A stretch of 64,000 nucleotides of DNA from a virus. Its lineage: Duplodnaviria > Caudoviricetes. The notes below the pieces were generated by a model that did no database searches, was not told the origin of the DNA, and was given only the letters and a program-made list of their open reading frames with translations. Location: the IMG/VR virus record IMGVR_UViG_3300034061_004620; one strand, written 5' to 3'. Positions 31,562 through 40,353 of the stretch are shown in pieces (within the stretch, counting starts at the first letter, position 1; every line of letters begins with the position of its first letter). Both the position numbers and the translations under genes were made by a program.

Positions 31562-32170
31562 ATGATCAAACTTACAGCTAAAAATTTCAAAGGTGTAGTA
31601 CATCGCGCACGTCGCGAATGGCCTAAATATTCAACTCAGCTGCTGAATGTGGCTGGGCAAAATTGCAAAGCGTTTGATGTAAGGCAGGTAGGATCTGCAA
31701 AAGAAACTTGGTTAGAGATGCGGCAACAAGGCATACCTGGCACCTTTGAAAATTGGTGTAACTTTTATAACTCTAAACCTTTTGCCAACAATATTCCGGC
31801 ACAGGCACAGAGATTGTACGAAATGATTCAAAAGATGCAAATTGGTGGCATTTCGTATGACATGTGTGAAGACTATATTAAAGAAGTAATATACAATAAA
31901 ACACACATGGGCATGGCCGGCGAAGAAATGGCCATTCAAGCAGTGGGTTCGTACTATTCTTTACCGGTTAGATTTTCCGATGCCCAAGAAGAAGCACAAG
32001 GTATTGATGGTTGGATCGGAGAGATTCCGGTACAGGTCAAACCCGAAGGCTCGGCATTCAAAGGACACGTACACAATCATCCAGATAAAGATCGAGTTCT
32101 GCTGGTCACTTACATACCAAAAAAACAAGTATGTTACATTCATAATCCACAATTTGTGGTAAGTAAATAA
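31562..32170 (+). CDS. MjaI-family restriction endonuclease (PD-(D/E)xK fold)
   Basis: WPKYSTQLLNVAGQN...VGS, FENWCNFY, NKTHMGMAGEE, EEAQGIDGWIGEIPVQVKP. No adjacent methyltransferase. Confidence 0.8.
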   Translation: MIKLTAKNFKGVVHRARREWPKYSTQLLNVAGQNCKAFDVRQVGSAKETWLEMRQQGIPGTFENWCNFYNSKPFANNIPAQAQRLYEMIQKMQIGGISYDMCEDYIKEVIYNKTHMGMAGEEMAIQAVGSYYSLPVRFSDAQEEAQGIDGWIGEIPVQVKPEGSAFKGHVHNHPDKDRVLLVTYIPKKQVCYIHNPQFVVSK

Positions 32171-32195
32171 CATAGATTAGAATTGTAGTACAATG

Positions 32196-32545
32196 CCTAA
32201 GAAGAAAGATCGGACAAGACCCGGGGGCGGTACCCGGCCGGTCCACCAAAAAGCATTTTGCCCGATGATATAACGAGCCACCACGGTAAGTATGCGAAAG
32301 CTGATAAGAGTGGAATAGGCAGACGAGGTTAGCGATTCCTCGTTGTATCGGAGAGGGACACCTTGAAAATGCTTTTTGATGGGCCGGAAATAGTATCGAT
32401 TGACGAGCAAGTATTCAAAGGATCTACACGGTAGGCGATCTCCGTAAAAGAAGCAAAACTATAACTGCAAACGCAGCTAACGACGAGGTCTTCGCTCTCG
32501 CAGCGTAATCTCCGGGGCAACTATGCCTTGTTACCCAAAATAGTT
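32196..32545 (+). ncRNA. ssrA: Circularly permuted (two-piece) tmRNA
   Basis: The 3' tRNA-like half CCGGG-GGCGGTA-CCCGG-CCGGTCC-A-CCA ends at 32248. The 5' half GGGCCGG starts at 32381 (G3:U70). Tag frame 32467-32508 reads ANAANDEVFALAA* after ATAACT. Confidence 0.92.
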
Positions 32546-32574
32546 TAGGGCATTTTTATGCCCTAATTTTTTTT
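32545..32574 (+). terminator. Intrinsic terminator after tmRNA
   Basis: TTAGGGCAT-tttt-ATGCCCTAA followed by a T7 tract. Confidence 0.85.
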
Positions 32575-32604
32575 GTATAAATATTGCTATTATAGGAGAG
32601 CAAA

Positions 32605-33354
32605 ATGGCTTTTGAATATCACGCACCTTTTCATGTTATCACTATGGAAACTGGAGATACAAAATTAGTTAACGAAATAGACTGGGGAAGATATCGATTA
32701 GAGAACATGGAACTGATACAATACGATTTGGACCTGAGTGAAGCTACCAATGAATTAGCAGAAGATCTAAGATCTGGTAAGGTAGTTGCAACTGAATTAC
32801 GCGAAACTGTTGCCACTTCACAAGGTCAATTGGTGACTATACAAACTGGATTCAAATTTATGTTTCCGGGAGCAACCGAAAAATATATTTTCCATCCTAA
32901 TTTTTTTAAATATGTTGACAAAATGAAAGCAGATCCTAATACAGTTTACAAAGATCCTATCTGGATAGATTGCACCCCTTGACCAAGAGCAATAATGACA
33001 GAATTTCAAAAAATAAATGACACTGATGTCAGCCATAATCACATTAATATTCACGATTGGGCAATTCGCACTTTGGATCAAGATGAATTAGAACAATTTT
33101 TAGAAGCAGAAAATCGCAATTTGGCATTAATGAAGTCATATGTACAACATGGACTAATGACTCAAGAGACTGTGAAAGAAAATGTTTATCTCCCCGAATA
33201 CGGCGAAGAAATAACCATCGAAGTCGGACTACAAACAATTCTCTCGCCGGGTGTTACAATACTTGACGTTCCAATTGATCCAGAATATGGAGCATGGCAT
33301 GCCAGATACACAGCAGATCCAAATATCAATCATAATCCAACAGCTCAAGTATAA
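32605..33354 (+). other. Two possibly paralogous acidic hypothetical proteins (32605..32982, 32995..33354)
   Basis: Similar size, and both end with a ADPN..P motif. Confidence 0.55.
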
Positions 33355-33363
33355 CGGATCTTA

Positions 33364-33392
33364 TTGACCAAAATTCAGCTCTTTGCTATAAT
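33364..33392 (+). promoter_or_regulatory. Early sigma70 promoter
   Basis: TTGACC -17- TATAAT with the same TTTGC extended -10. Confidence 0.8.
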
Positions 33393-33398
33393 AAGAGT

Positions 33399-33806
33399 AT
33401 GAATACACAATTCTCAATTCCTGATCCAGGTTGTCAAATTGCAATTACTTTTGAATTTCCAAGTTATGTAATCGGCGCGGCCGCAGTTAACAAAACAACA
33501 ATAACAGGCATCGTTGAAAAAGCTACCAAGTTCACCCCTCCCGATTTTGTTAGAATCGTAACTGATTTTGACAGTCCTGTACGCATTAGAGAAATTCCTT
33601 TGCATCGCGTTACTAACATTGAGTATGCTGACGGTCGTAGTGCTAATCGCAAAGCAATCGAGCAAGATACAAAAACTTGGAACGTATTTGGTAGTAAAGG
33701 ATCTCGATACACAGTAATTCAAACCAAATCAACTTGGACTTGCACTTGTCCGGGTTTTCAATTTCGTAAATCATGCCGGCATATAAAGGAGTTACAAGAT
33801 GCGTAG
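33399..33806 (+). CDS. SWIM zinc-finger protein
   Basis: GSRYTV...WTCTCPGFQFRKSCRHI (CxC..CxH). Confidence 0.8.
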   Translation: MNTQFSIPDPGCQIAITFEFPSYVIGAAAVNKTTITGIVEKATKFTPPDFVRIVTDFDSPVRIREIPLHRVTNIEYADGRSANRKAIEQDTKTWNVFGSKGSRYTVIQTKSTWTCTCPGFQFRKSCRHIKELQDA

Positions 33807-35115
33807 ACCATGGGAAATAATACAAGAATTAGAAGCAGACAACAGTCGTTTGGTCAAAGAATCCATAGTTGCAGGTATTGCAGCACAAGGTAATGACGAA
33901 TTCTTCGAAGGCTGTAGACTGGCTTTGGATCCATTGATTACATTTGGCCTAAAACAGGTGCCAGAAAAGAAGGACATGTCGGGAGATGGCTTAGGTCGTG
34001 AACTGTTTCTCGAACTGTGTACACAACTAAGTAGTAGGATAGTAACTGGCAACAATGCCAGAGATTTGGTGCAACGAGCTATGGCTATGGCCACACCCAA
34101 TGAATGGAATTCATGGTGCCGTCGTATTCTTATTAAAGACCTACGTTGTGGTGTAAGTGAAAAAACAATTAACAAAGTAGTGGAGAAAAAATATGCAGAT
34201 TACATTATACCTACTTTCAGTTGCCAGCTTGCTCACGATAGTGCTAATCATGAAGGAAAGTTGGCAGGACAAAAACTTGTTGAAGTCAAGTTGGATGGTG
34301 TGCGTGTTATTACTATTGTGTGGCCAGACGGTCGTGTTCTTCAATTTAGCCGGAATGGCAAAGAGCTTGTAAACTTTGAACATGTGAAAGAGCAACTGGC
34401 CGCGGTAGCACCAGGATTTAATGAGCCTATGGTGCTGGATGGTGAGATTATGTCGAGCAGTTTTCAAGACTTGATGAAGCAAGTGCATCGTAAAGACAAT
34501 GTGGCAGCAGGTGATGCTGTACTTAACTTGTTTGACTATATTACATTAGCTGAGTTTAATGCAGGTGGTACAGGATCAGCCCGGCAAGAACATCGTAGTG
34601 CCATGTTGCAAGAATGGTATGCTACTGTACAAGATGCACTACCCAATGTCACAGTGTTGAGCCATGAAGCAATTGACATGGATACCGATGCAGGACAAAA
34701 ACGATTTCGCGAAATCAATCAGCAGGCCATTACAGGCGGTTATGAAGGCATCATGATCAAAGATCCTGATGCTGCCTACGAATGTAAACGTAGTGTATCT
34801 TGGCTCAAGCTCAAACCGTTTATCGAAGTCAGCCTCAATGTAGTTGATTTTGAAGAAGGCACCGGTCGCAATACAGGCAGGCTGGGTGCTATTATATGTG
34901 AAGGTGAGGACGATGGTCGTAGAATACGTGTTAATGTGGGTTCTGGTTTTAGTGATGCCAATCGCGTTGACTATTGGGTGGATAGGTCGACGATTGTCGG
35001 TCACGTGGCAGAAGTACGTGCCGACGCTGTTACTCAAAATCAAGACGGCACTTACTCGTTACGGTTTCCACGTTTCTTACGGTTTAGAGGATTTACAGCG
35101 GGCGAAAAAATCTAA
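33799..35115 (+). CDS. ATP-dependent DNA ligase
   Basis: EVKLDGVR (KxDG), VLDGEI, GYEGIMIK, WLKLK, and an OB-fold VNVGSGFSD...SLRFPRF. Confidence 0.95.
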   Translation: MRRPWEIIQELEADNSRLVKESIVAGIAAQGNDEFFEGCRLALDPLITFGLKQVPEKKDMSGDGLGRELFLELCTQLSSRIVTGNNARDLVQRAMAMATPNEWNSWCRRILIKDLRCGVSEKTINKVVEKKYADYIIPTFSCQLAHDSANHEGKLAGQKLVEVKLDGVRVITIVWPDGRVLQFSRNGKELVNFEHVKEQLAAVAPGFNEPMVLDGEIMSSSFQDLMKQVHRKDNVAAGDAVLNLFDYITLAEFNAGGTGSARQEHRSAMLQEWYATVQDALPNVTVLSHEAIDMDTDAGQKRFREINQQAITGGYEGIMIKDPDAAYECKRSVSWLKLKPFIEVSLNVVDFEEGTGRNTGRLGAIICEGEDDGRRIRVNVGSGFSDANRVDYWVDRSTIVGHVAEVRADAVTQNQDGTYSLRFPRFLRFRGFTAGEKI

Positions 35116-35125
35116 AGGATTTGTT

Positions 35126-35861
35126 ATGGAAAAGCAGGCAATCAAAGAATTGATGTACGGTGGGGTCAAAGAGATAATGAGTAACAGTCGTTACTATTAT
35201 CGCAGCAGCACGGGCCGACAATTTAGCTCGTTCACCGAACCTGGTAAAATAGCAGTGCAAGAGTTTGTGCATGAAATAGCTGCATATATAACTGATGCAG
35301 AAAATGCCGAACTGGATCAACGTGCCAAAGACATGGTGCTCAAAGAACTGAAAGGAAACCAAAATGGCTAATTGGAAAGTATCAACTTACTATAAAAAAT
35401 CATGCGAAGAACACGAACATTACATCAAAGATGGACAAACTATTGTTCGTAAAACAGGGTATCGTGGTTGTTCATTCTTTGTAGAAACCACGAACGACAA
35501 TCCGCCAGAGTTCGAATTTGATTATGTTCCTGGTGGCGATGGCACCAAAGATAGTATTGACATGTATAACTGCTGCTATAACAACATAGAAAATGTTGAG
35601 CTTGATACTATGTGGGACGGTTGTTGGGAAGATATTGACTTTCCAGAAGATATGTCGGAAGAAGAACAAGAACGCCTTATGGAAGTAATTGAAGAGCATG
35701 GTGTTTACCAAGCACTCGAGGATGAAGAGGGCTGGAGTCAAAACGAAACTGAAGCATGGATCTGGGGTCCAATCTTGATTGAGGATGGCGCAGGTAATCA
35801 AGCGAGAATTATCTGTGCTGACGAAGCAGGTAACGTAATAGATTTCAAAGAGGAGGAGTAA
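35126..35861 (+). other. Two hypothetical ORFs (35126..35371, 35364..35861)
   Basis: Overlapping ORFs with RBS; the second is very acidic. Confidence 0.65.
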
Positions 35862-35963
35862 AAATGGGATATGATTCGAGAGCAGTTCGAGTGAAAAAAG
35901 CAGAAAAAGCTTTAGCACTATTATGCTACAACAAAGAGCGCGAGCGACATCTTATTAGAGAAT

Positions 35964-36356
35964 TTGCCGCAGCAGAAGCAAAAAATACACGGGCCCGCCC
36001 TGCACGTAATCGCGGTGATAAAGATGCCGAATAAACATGACGTAGTGGTTGTGAATGACAAGTTCACAACATGGCCAGACAAAGAAGAACTACTTAAAGT
36101 TTTACGCAAAGGAATTTGTGAAGTAACATTTAACAAAGTCAACGGCGAGCGTCGTGTGATGCCTTGTACACTACGTGAAGACTTACTACCTGCCTCAACA
36201 AAAGAAACTACTTCCGTACCTAAAGATAAACCCAATGACATTATCAGTGTTTGGTGCACAGATGCTAATGCCTGGCGTAGTTTTAAATTGAGAAATTTTA
36301 TTTCTATCGAACCTTTATATGAACACAAAATTGAAAACTTGGACAGTGATACTTGA
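35964..36356 (+). CDS. WYL-like/SH3 beta-barrel phage protein
   Basis: VTFNKVNGERRVMPCTL...VWCTDANAWRSFKL. Confidence 0.7.
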   Translation: MPQQKQKIHGPALHVIAVIKMPNKHDVVVVNDKFTTWPDKEELLKVLRKGICEVTFNKVNGERRVMPCTLREDLLPASTKETTSVPKDKPNDIISVWCTDANAWRSFKLRNFISIEPLYEHKIENLDSDT

Positions 36357-36534
36357 AGAAGATCCCGAAACCGGAGAACTTGTTTTGCCATTTAATGATG
36401 AGATGTTGCAAGAATTGGGATGGAAAGAGGGTGATACTCTGGAATGGTTAGATAACAAAGACGGTTCTTGGAGTTTGGTAAAAAAGAAAACAAAAAAGAA
36501 CAAAAAAGTAGTTGCAAAATCCAAAACAATCTAA
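36319..36534 (+). CDS. AbrB/MazE-like DNA-binding protein
   Basis: GELVLPFNDEMLQELGWKEGDTLEW. Confidence 0.65.
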   Translation: MNTKLKTWTVILEEDPETGELVLPFNDEMLQELGWKEGDTLEWLDNKDGSWSLVKKKTKKNKKVVAKSKTI

Positions 36535-36584
36535 TATAATACTTGAATGCTGTCGTACAGCATATCTTTTTTAGGAGATATTTA

Positions 36585-36854
36585 ATGTTTGACCTTAATA
36601 CAAAACAAGGTAAGTTGTTCCGTGCTCTCGTCCTTGACGGTGAGTCGCTAACTGCAAGTCAGATCTCGAAGCGTTTTAGCATCAAGAATCCACGGGCTAC
36701 CATTAGCGAAATTCGTTACGCAGGTTTTCCTGTTTATGCGAATACACGCAAAGCAGGCAACGGCGTTCGTGTTACTGAATACCGTCACGGTAAAGCAAGT
36801 CGCAAAATTGTTGCAGCAGGTTACAAAGCCATTGCAATGGGTATTGTTGACTAA
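36585..36854 (+). CDS. Winged helix-turn-helix protein
   Basis: SLTASQISKRFSIKNPRATISEIRYAGFPVY; followed by a terminator at ~36872-36899. Confidence 0.7.
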   Translation: MFDLNTKQGKLFRALVLDGESLTASQISKRFSIKNPRATISEIRYAGFPVYANTRKAGNGVRVTEYRHGKASRKIVAAGYKAIAMGIVD

Positions 36855-36925
36855 TTGTAGTTTACCAAAATAAAGCTCGCCTATTAGGCGAGCTTTTTTG
36901 TTTCCGAGTTATTTCTAAAAATATT

Positions 36926-37972
36926 ATGAATTTAAGAACTCTTCAAGAAAAATCAGACATATTATATGGTAGACCAATTGCATACTATCTCAAAAAAGCA
37001 AGTGGCAATTATAAGTTTGATATTGATATAGTTAGCAATCAAGACATATTTGGTTCATACTATGTGAAAGCATTAGGATTAGAAACTGTTATAGATATTC
37101 TAAGATCAAGAAATTCAAAATGTATATTGTATGTTGCATGCGATCATGTTTCGGATAACATGCATAGAATAATCGATTACATTCAAGATAATTTACCTGA
37201 TGCCACTATTCTTAGTATTACCGGGGACGGCAGTTACTATGAACTTGCTAATAATACATTGTATTATCCTTATTATTGGTATGCGTTCCTTTCAGGCCCG
37301 CAAAAACATTATGCGGCATGGAAATTAGATACATCAAAATTTGCACAATCAAGGCTATATTCAGCAAGCTGTCTTAATAATCTTTGTAGATATCACAGAA
37401 TTAAACTGTTAGATCAGTTTGTACAAAAACCTTATTTTCAAAATATTCTTTATTCATTTAACGGCACCGCTGCCGATGACCATTACGATTTACCAGAAAT
37501 GCAAACATTGGTTGCAAAGTATCAAAACTTGCTACCATTAAAAATAGATAGAAAAGATGCCAAGTATGGTGATGATATGTTAAGATTAGATCATCCTGGA
37601 TTACATGATTCGTACTTGAATATTGTAACTGCACATCATTATGATATTAGTTTTCTTGATGAAAAAATTTTTAAACCTATTGCCACAGGTCAGATTTTTG
37701 TTACTTTGTCTGGAACTGGTACAATAGATTTATTAAGGAAACTGGGATTTGACGTATTTGATGATATCATAAATCATGATTACGACAATGAACCGGATTT
37801 GAATATGAGAATAGATAAATTAGTTACAAGTATAGATCTCTGGATGCACATGGATCATGAAACTGTTTGGCAGGAAACATATTCAAGAAGAGTAAAGAAC
37901 GCCGAACATTTTTTTAATCTTGATGTTTCTAAAAATCCATTTGATCAGTTTTTAAAACAGTTTGACCAATAA
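36926..37972 (+). CDS. Glycosyltransferase-like protein
   Basis: SCLNNLCRYHR, SYLNIVT, FLDEKIFKPIATGQ, LRKLGFDVFDDIINHDYD; paralog of 11267. Confidence 0.55.
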   Translation: MNLRTLQEKSDILYGRPIAYYLKKASGNYKFDIDIVSNQDIFGSYYVKALGLETVIDILRSRNSKCILYVACDHVSDNMHRIIDYIQDNLPDATILSITGDGSYYELANNTLYYPYYWYAFLSGPQKHYAAWKLDTSKFAQSRLYSASCLNNLCRYHRIKLLDQFVQKPYFQNILYSFNGTAADDHYDLPEMQTLVAKYQNLLPLKIDRKDAKYGDDMLRLDHPGLHDSYLNIVTAHHYDISFLDEKIFKPIATGQIFVTLSGTGTIDLLRKLGFDVFDDIINHDYDNEPDLNMRIDKLVTSIDLWMHMDHETVWQETYSRRVKNAEHFFNLDVSKNPFDQFLKQFDQ

Positions 37973-38111
37973 CTTTGACAGTATTTAATAGACAATTCCT
38001 ATTCTTTCAATTAAAAAATATTCGGCTAAAATCTATTAAAATTACGTTGACAATAGGTATTTACTGGATATATAATATAATGCAATGCAGCATTTTTATA
38101 AGGAGAAATCA

Positions 38112-38645
38112 ATGAAAACAGTAGGAGACAAAATTGAATCGTTCACCGTAACTGGTGTAAACCCAGGAAGTGATCAATTCTTTGCAATTACAGAACAAGC
38201 ATTTGCAGGTAAGTGGAAAGTAATCGTTTACTATCCAAAAGATTTTACATTTGTATGCCCGACAGAAATTGTAGCTTATGATAAACTACACGGTGATTTT
38301 GCTGATCGTGATGCTGTTCTACTCACAGGTAGTACAGACAACGAGTTCTGTAAACTGGCATGGCAGGCAGCGCACGAAGACCTTAAGAAAATTAAACATG
38401 TTCAGTTTGCTGATACCGCACGTGACGAACGTAGCCTAATCAATCAACTGGGAGTATTCTACGCACCCGCAGGTGCTGCACTTCGCGCAACATTCATTGT
38501 TGATCCAGACAACGTTATCCAGCATGTTACTGTCAACAACTTGAATGTTGGTCGTAGCCCAGAAGAAACACTTCGTGTATTAGATGCGTTACAGACTGGC
38601 GAGCTTTGCGCTTGCAACCGCACAGTCGGTGGCGAAACACTTTAA
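38112..38645 (+). CDS. ahpC: Peroxiredoxin AhpC
   Basis: YPKDFTFVCPTE peroxidatic Cys, RATFIVDPD, GELCACN resolving Cys. Confidence 0.95.
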   Translation: MKTVGDKIESFTVTGVNPGSDQFFAITEQAFAGKWKVIVYYPKDFTFVCPTEIVAYDKLHGDFADRDAVLLTGSTDNEFCKLAWQAAHEDLKKIKHVQFADTARDERSLINQLGVFYAPAGAALRATFIVDPDNVIQHVTVNNLNVGRSPEETLRVLDALQTGELCACNRTVGGETL

Positions 38646-38658
38646 TAGGAGATAGCAA

Positions 38659-39063
38659 ATGCTTGAATGTTTAATTGTAGGAGATAGTATTGCTGTTGGC
38701 GTTAGTCAAGTTCGTCCTGAGTGTCAAGCCATTGCGAAAAGCGGTATTAACTCCAGCGACTGGAACAAAAAGCATTTGCACAAGCTGAAGCCAACCCGGA
38801 CACTGATTATCAGTTTGGGTGCAAATGACCTCGGTATCAACACCGAAGGACAGGTAAGATCATTACGCACCAATGCCCAAGCTGATAGAGTGTTTTGGTT
38901 GTTACCCAGTCAATATCTAAAACCAAAACAAGTTGAAGCAGTTCGGCAAGTGGCATCAGAATTTGGTGATACCGTGATTCCAAGACCCGAAACTAACATA
39001 AGTAGAGATGGCGTGCATCCTACCTACAAGGGTTATAAAATATTAGCGGATCAAACAAGATGA
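38659..39063 (+). CDS. SGNH/GDSL hydrolase
   Basis: GDSIA, SLGAND, DGVHP. Confidence 0.85.
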   Translation: MLECLIVGDSIAVGVSQVRPECQAIAKSGINSSDWNKKHLHKLKPTRTLIISLGANDLGINTEGQVRSLRTNAQADRVFWLLPSQYLKPKQVEAVRQVASEFGDTVIPRPETNISRDGVHPTYKGYKILADQTR

Positions 39064-39192
39064 GTAAAGGATCAAATCCTCGACCGTATAGTGTTGATCA
39101 AAAGACTTTTGATTCAAATTGGGACGCTATCTTTAAGAAGAAAGAAGAACAGGTGATAGATAACAAAGAGCAAAAAGAAAAGGAAAAGGAAA

Positions 39193-39705
39193 ATGAGTTG
39201 GGTTGAACAAATTAAAGAAGGATTGCCAGAATATGCTAAGGACACAAAACTTAATCTTGATAATGTTATCAATAGGTCTACACTTGATTTTACTGAAGCT
39301 AATTGCATCGCTTTAGCAGCCGCTATGGCTACTGGTAATGGCAAGTTGGTATCATTTATTCAAAACAATATTCAAGATACTAAAGAACGTGATGCAGCAC
39401 TGACAGCAGCAAGCTTGATGGGCATGAATAATGTTTGGTATCCGTATATAGAAATGGCAGATGATCCTAACTTAAAGGGATTGCCAGCACAACTACGTAT
39501 GAATGCCATAAGTACTCATGGTGGTACAACCAAAGAACGATTTGAAGCATACAGCCTTGCAGCAAGTATTGTTGGTAAATGTCATTTTTGTGTCAAATCA
39601 CATTATGACAATTTGAAGAAAATGGGTTATACTGTGGAACAATTGAGAGACATTGGTCGAATTGCTGCTGTAATAACGTCGGTGGCCAAGGTACTTAATA
39701 GTTAA
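39193..39705 (+). CDS. ahpD: Alkyl hydroperoxide reductase AhpD
   Basis: YAKDTKLNL, MGMNNVWY, SIVGKCHFCVKSH (CxxC). Confidence 0.93.
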   Translation: MSWVEQIKEGLPEYAKDTKLNLDNVINRSTLDFTEANCIALAAAMATGNGKLVSFIQNNIQDTKERDAALTAASLMGMNNVWYPYIEMADDPNLKGLPAQLRMNAISTHGGTTKERFEAYSLAASIVGKCHFCVKSHYDNLKKMGYTVEQLRDIGRIAAVITSVAKVLNS

Positions 39706-39807
39706 TTCAATACCCAAAAGGGTCTTTTTACGTCAAGAAAAGATCATGGCTCAAAATAAATTAGGACAAATGAAATTAGATACATAAATTAAGTTCAAGG
39801 ACACAAA

Positions 39808-40011
39808 ATGACAGAAACAAAAACTCGAAGCGTAGTGAAAACTATTATATGGCGAATAATATGTATTTTGGTATTAGCCTATTGGACCGGACTTGGAGGA
39901 TCATTATTGATTAATGCACTCTTTATGACTTTGTATTATATACACGAAAGAATTTGGTTAAGAATCAATTGGGGAAAAGATTTCGCGCAGGAAAAAGAAA
40001 ACGTAGCCTAA
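39808..40011 (+). CDS. DUF2061-like small membrane protein
   Basis: ETKTRSVVKTIIWR...LYYIHERIWLRINWG. Confidence 0.7.
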   Translation: MTETKTRSVVKTIIWRIICILVLAYWTGLGGSLLINALFMTLYYIHERIWLRINWGKDFAQEKENVA

Positions 40012-40124
40012 GCAAAATCATTAGACAAAAAACATGATTGTACGTATATAAATGTACTGCACAACTGTGTAAAATAATGATACATACTAATGCAGTATGT
40101 TAATTTTAATCAAGGAGAAATAAC

Positions 40125-40199
40125 ATGGCATGGACCACACCAGCAGCACAAGATATGCGTTTTGGTTTTGAAATCACAATGTATATCGCAAATCGATAA
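40125..40199 (+). CDS. pqqA: PQQ precursor peptide PqqA
   Basis: Not in the ORF track. MAWTTPAAQDMRFGFEITMYIANR with the ExxxY motif; strong RBS AAGGAG; own terminator. Confidence 0.93.
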   Translation: MAWTTPAAQDMRFGFEITMYIANR

Positions 40200-40205
40200 A
40201 CAAAA

Positions 40206-40234
40206 CAAGCCCTTTAACAAAAGGGCTTTTTTAT
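40206..40234 (+). terminator. Intrinsic terminator after pqqA
   Basis: AAGCCCTTT-aac-AAAGGGCTT followed by TTTT. Confidence 0.85.
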
Positions 40235-40353
40235 TGAATTTTGAACATAGACATAAATAAATATAGTTGACAATCAACTAAATCACTTGTAAAATCATAC
40301 AAACCTTACAAGGTTTTCTAAAAAATTTTTCACATTATCACATAGGAGAAACC

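Noticed and set aside
32249-32380. Hammerhead or HDV-like (theta) ribozyme in the tmRNA spacer or tRNA trailers
   Set aside because: CCGATGA/GAAA and TCCTCGT fragments are present, but I could not build the required stems or pseudoknot. An Infernal search would settle it.
32177-32520. Minus-strand ORFs 32177..32410 and 32329..32520
   Set aside because: Antisense to the tmRNA.
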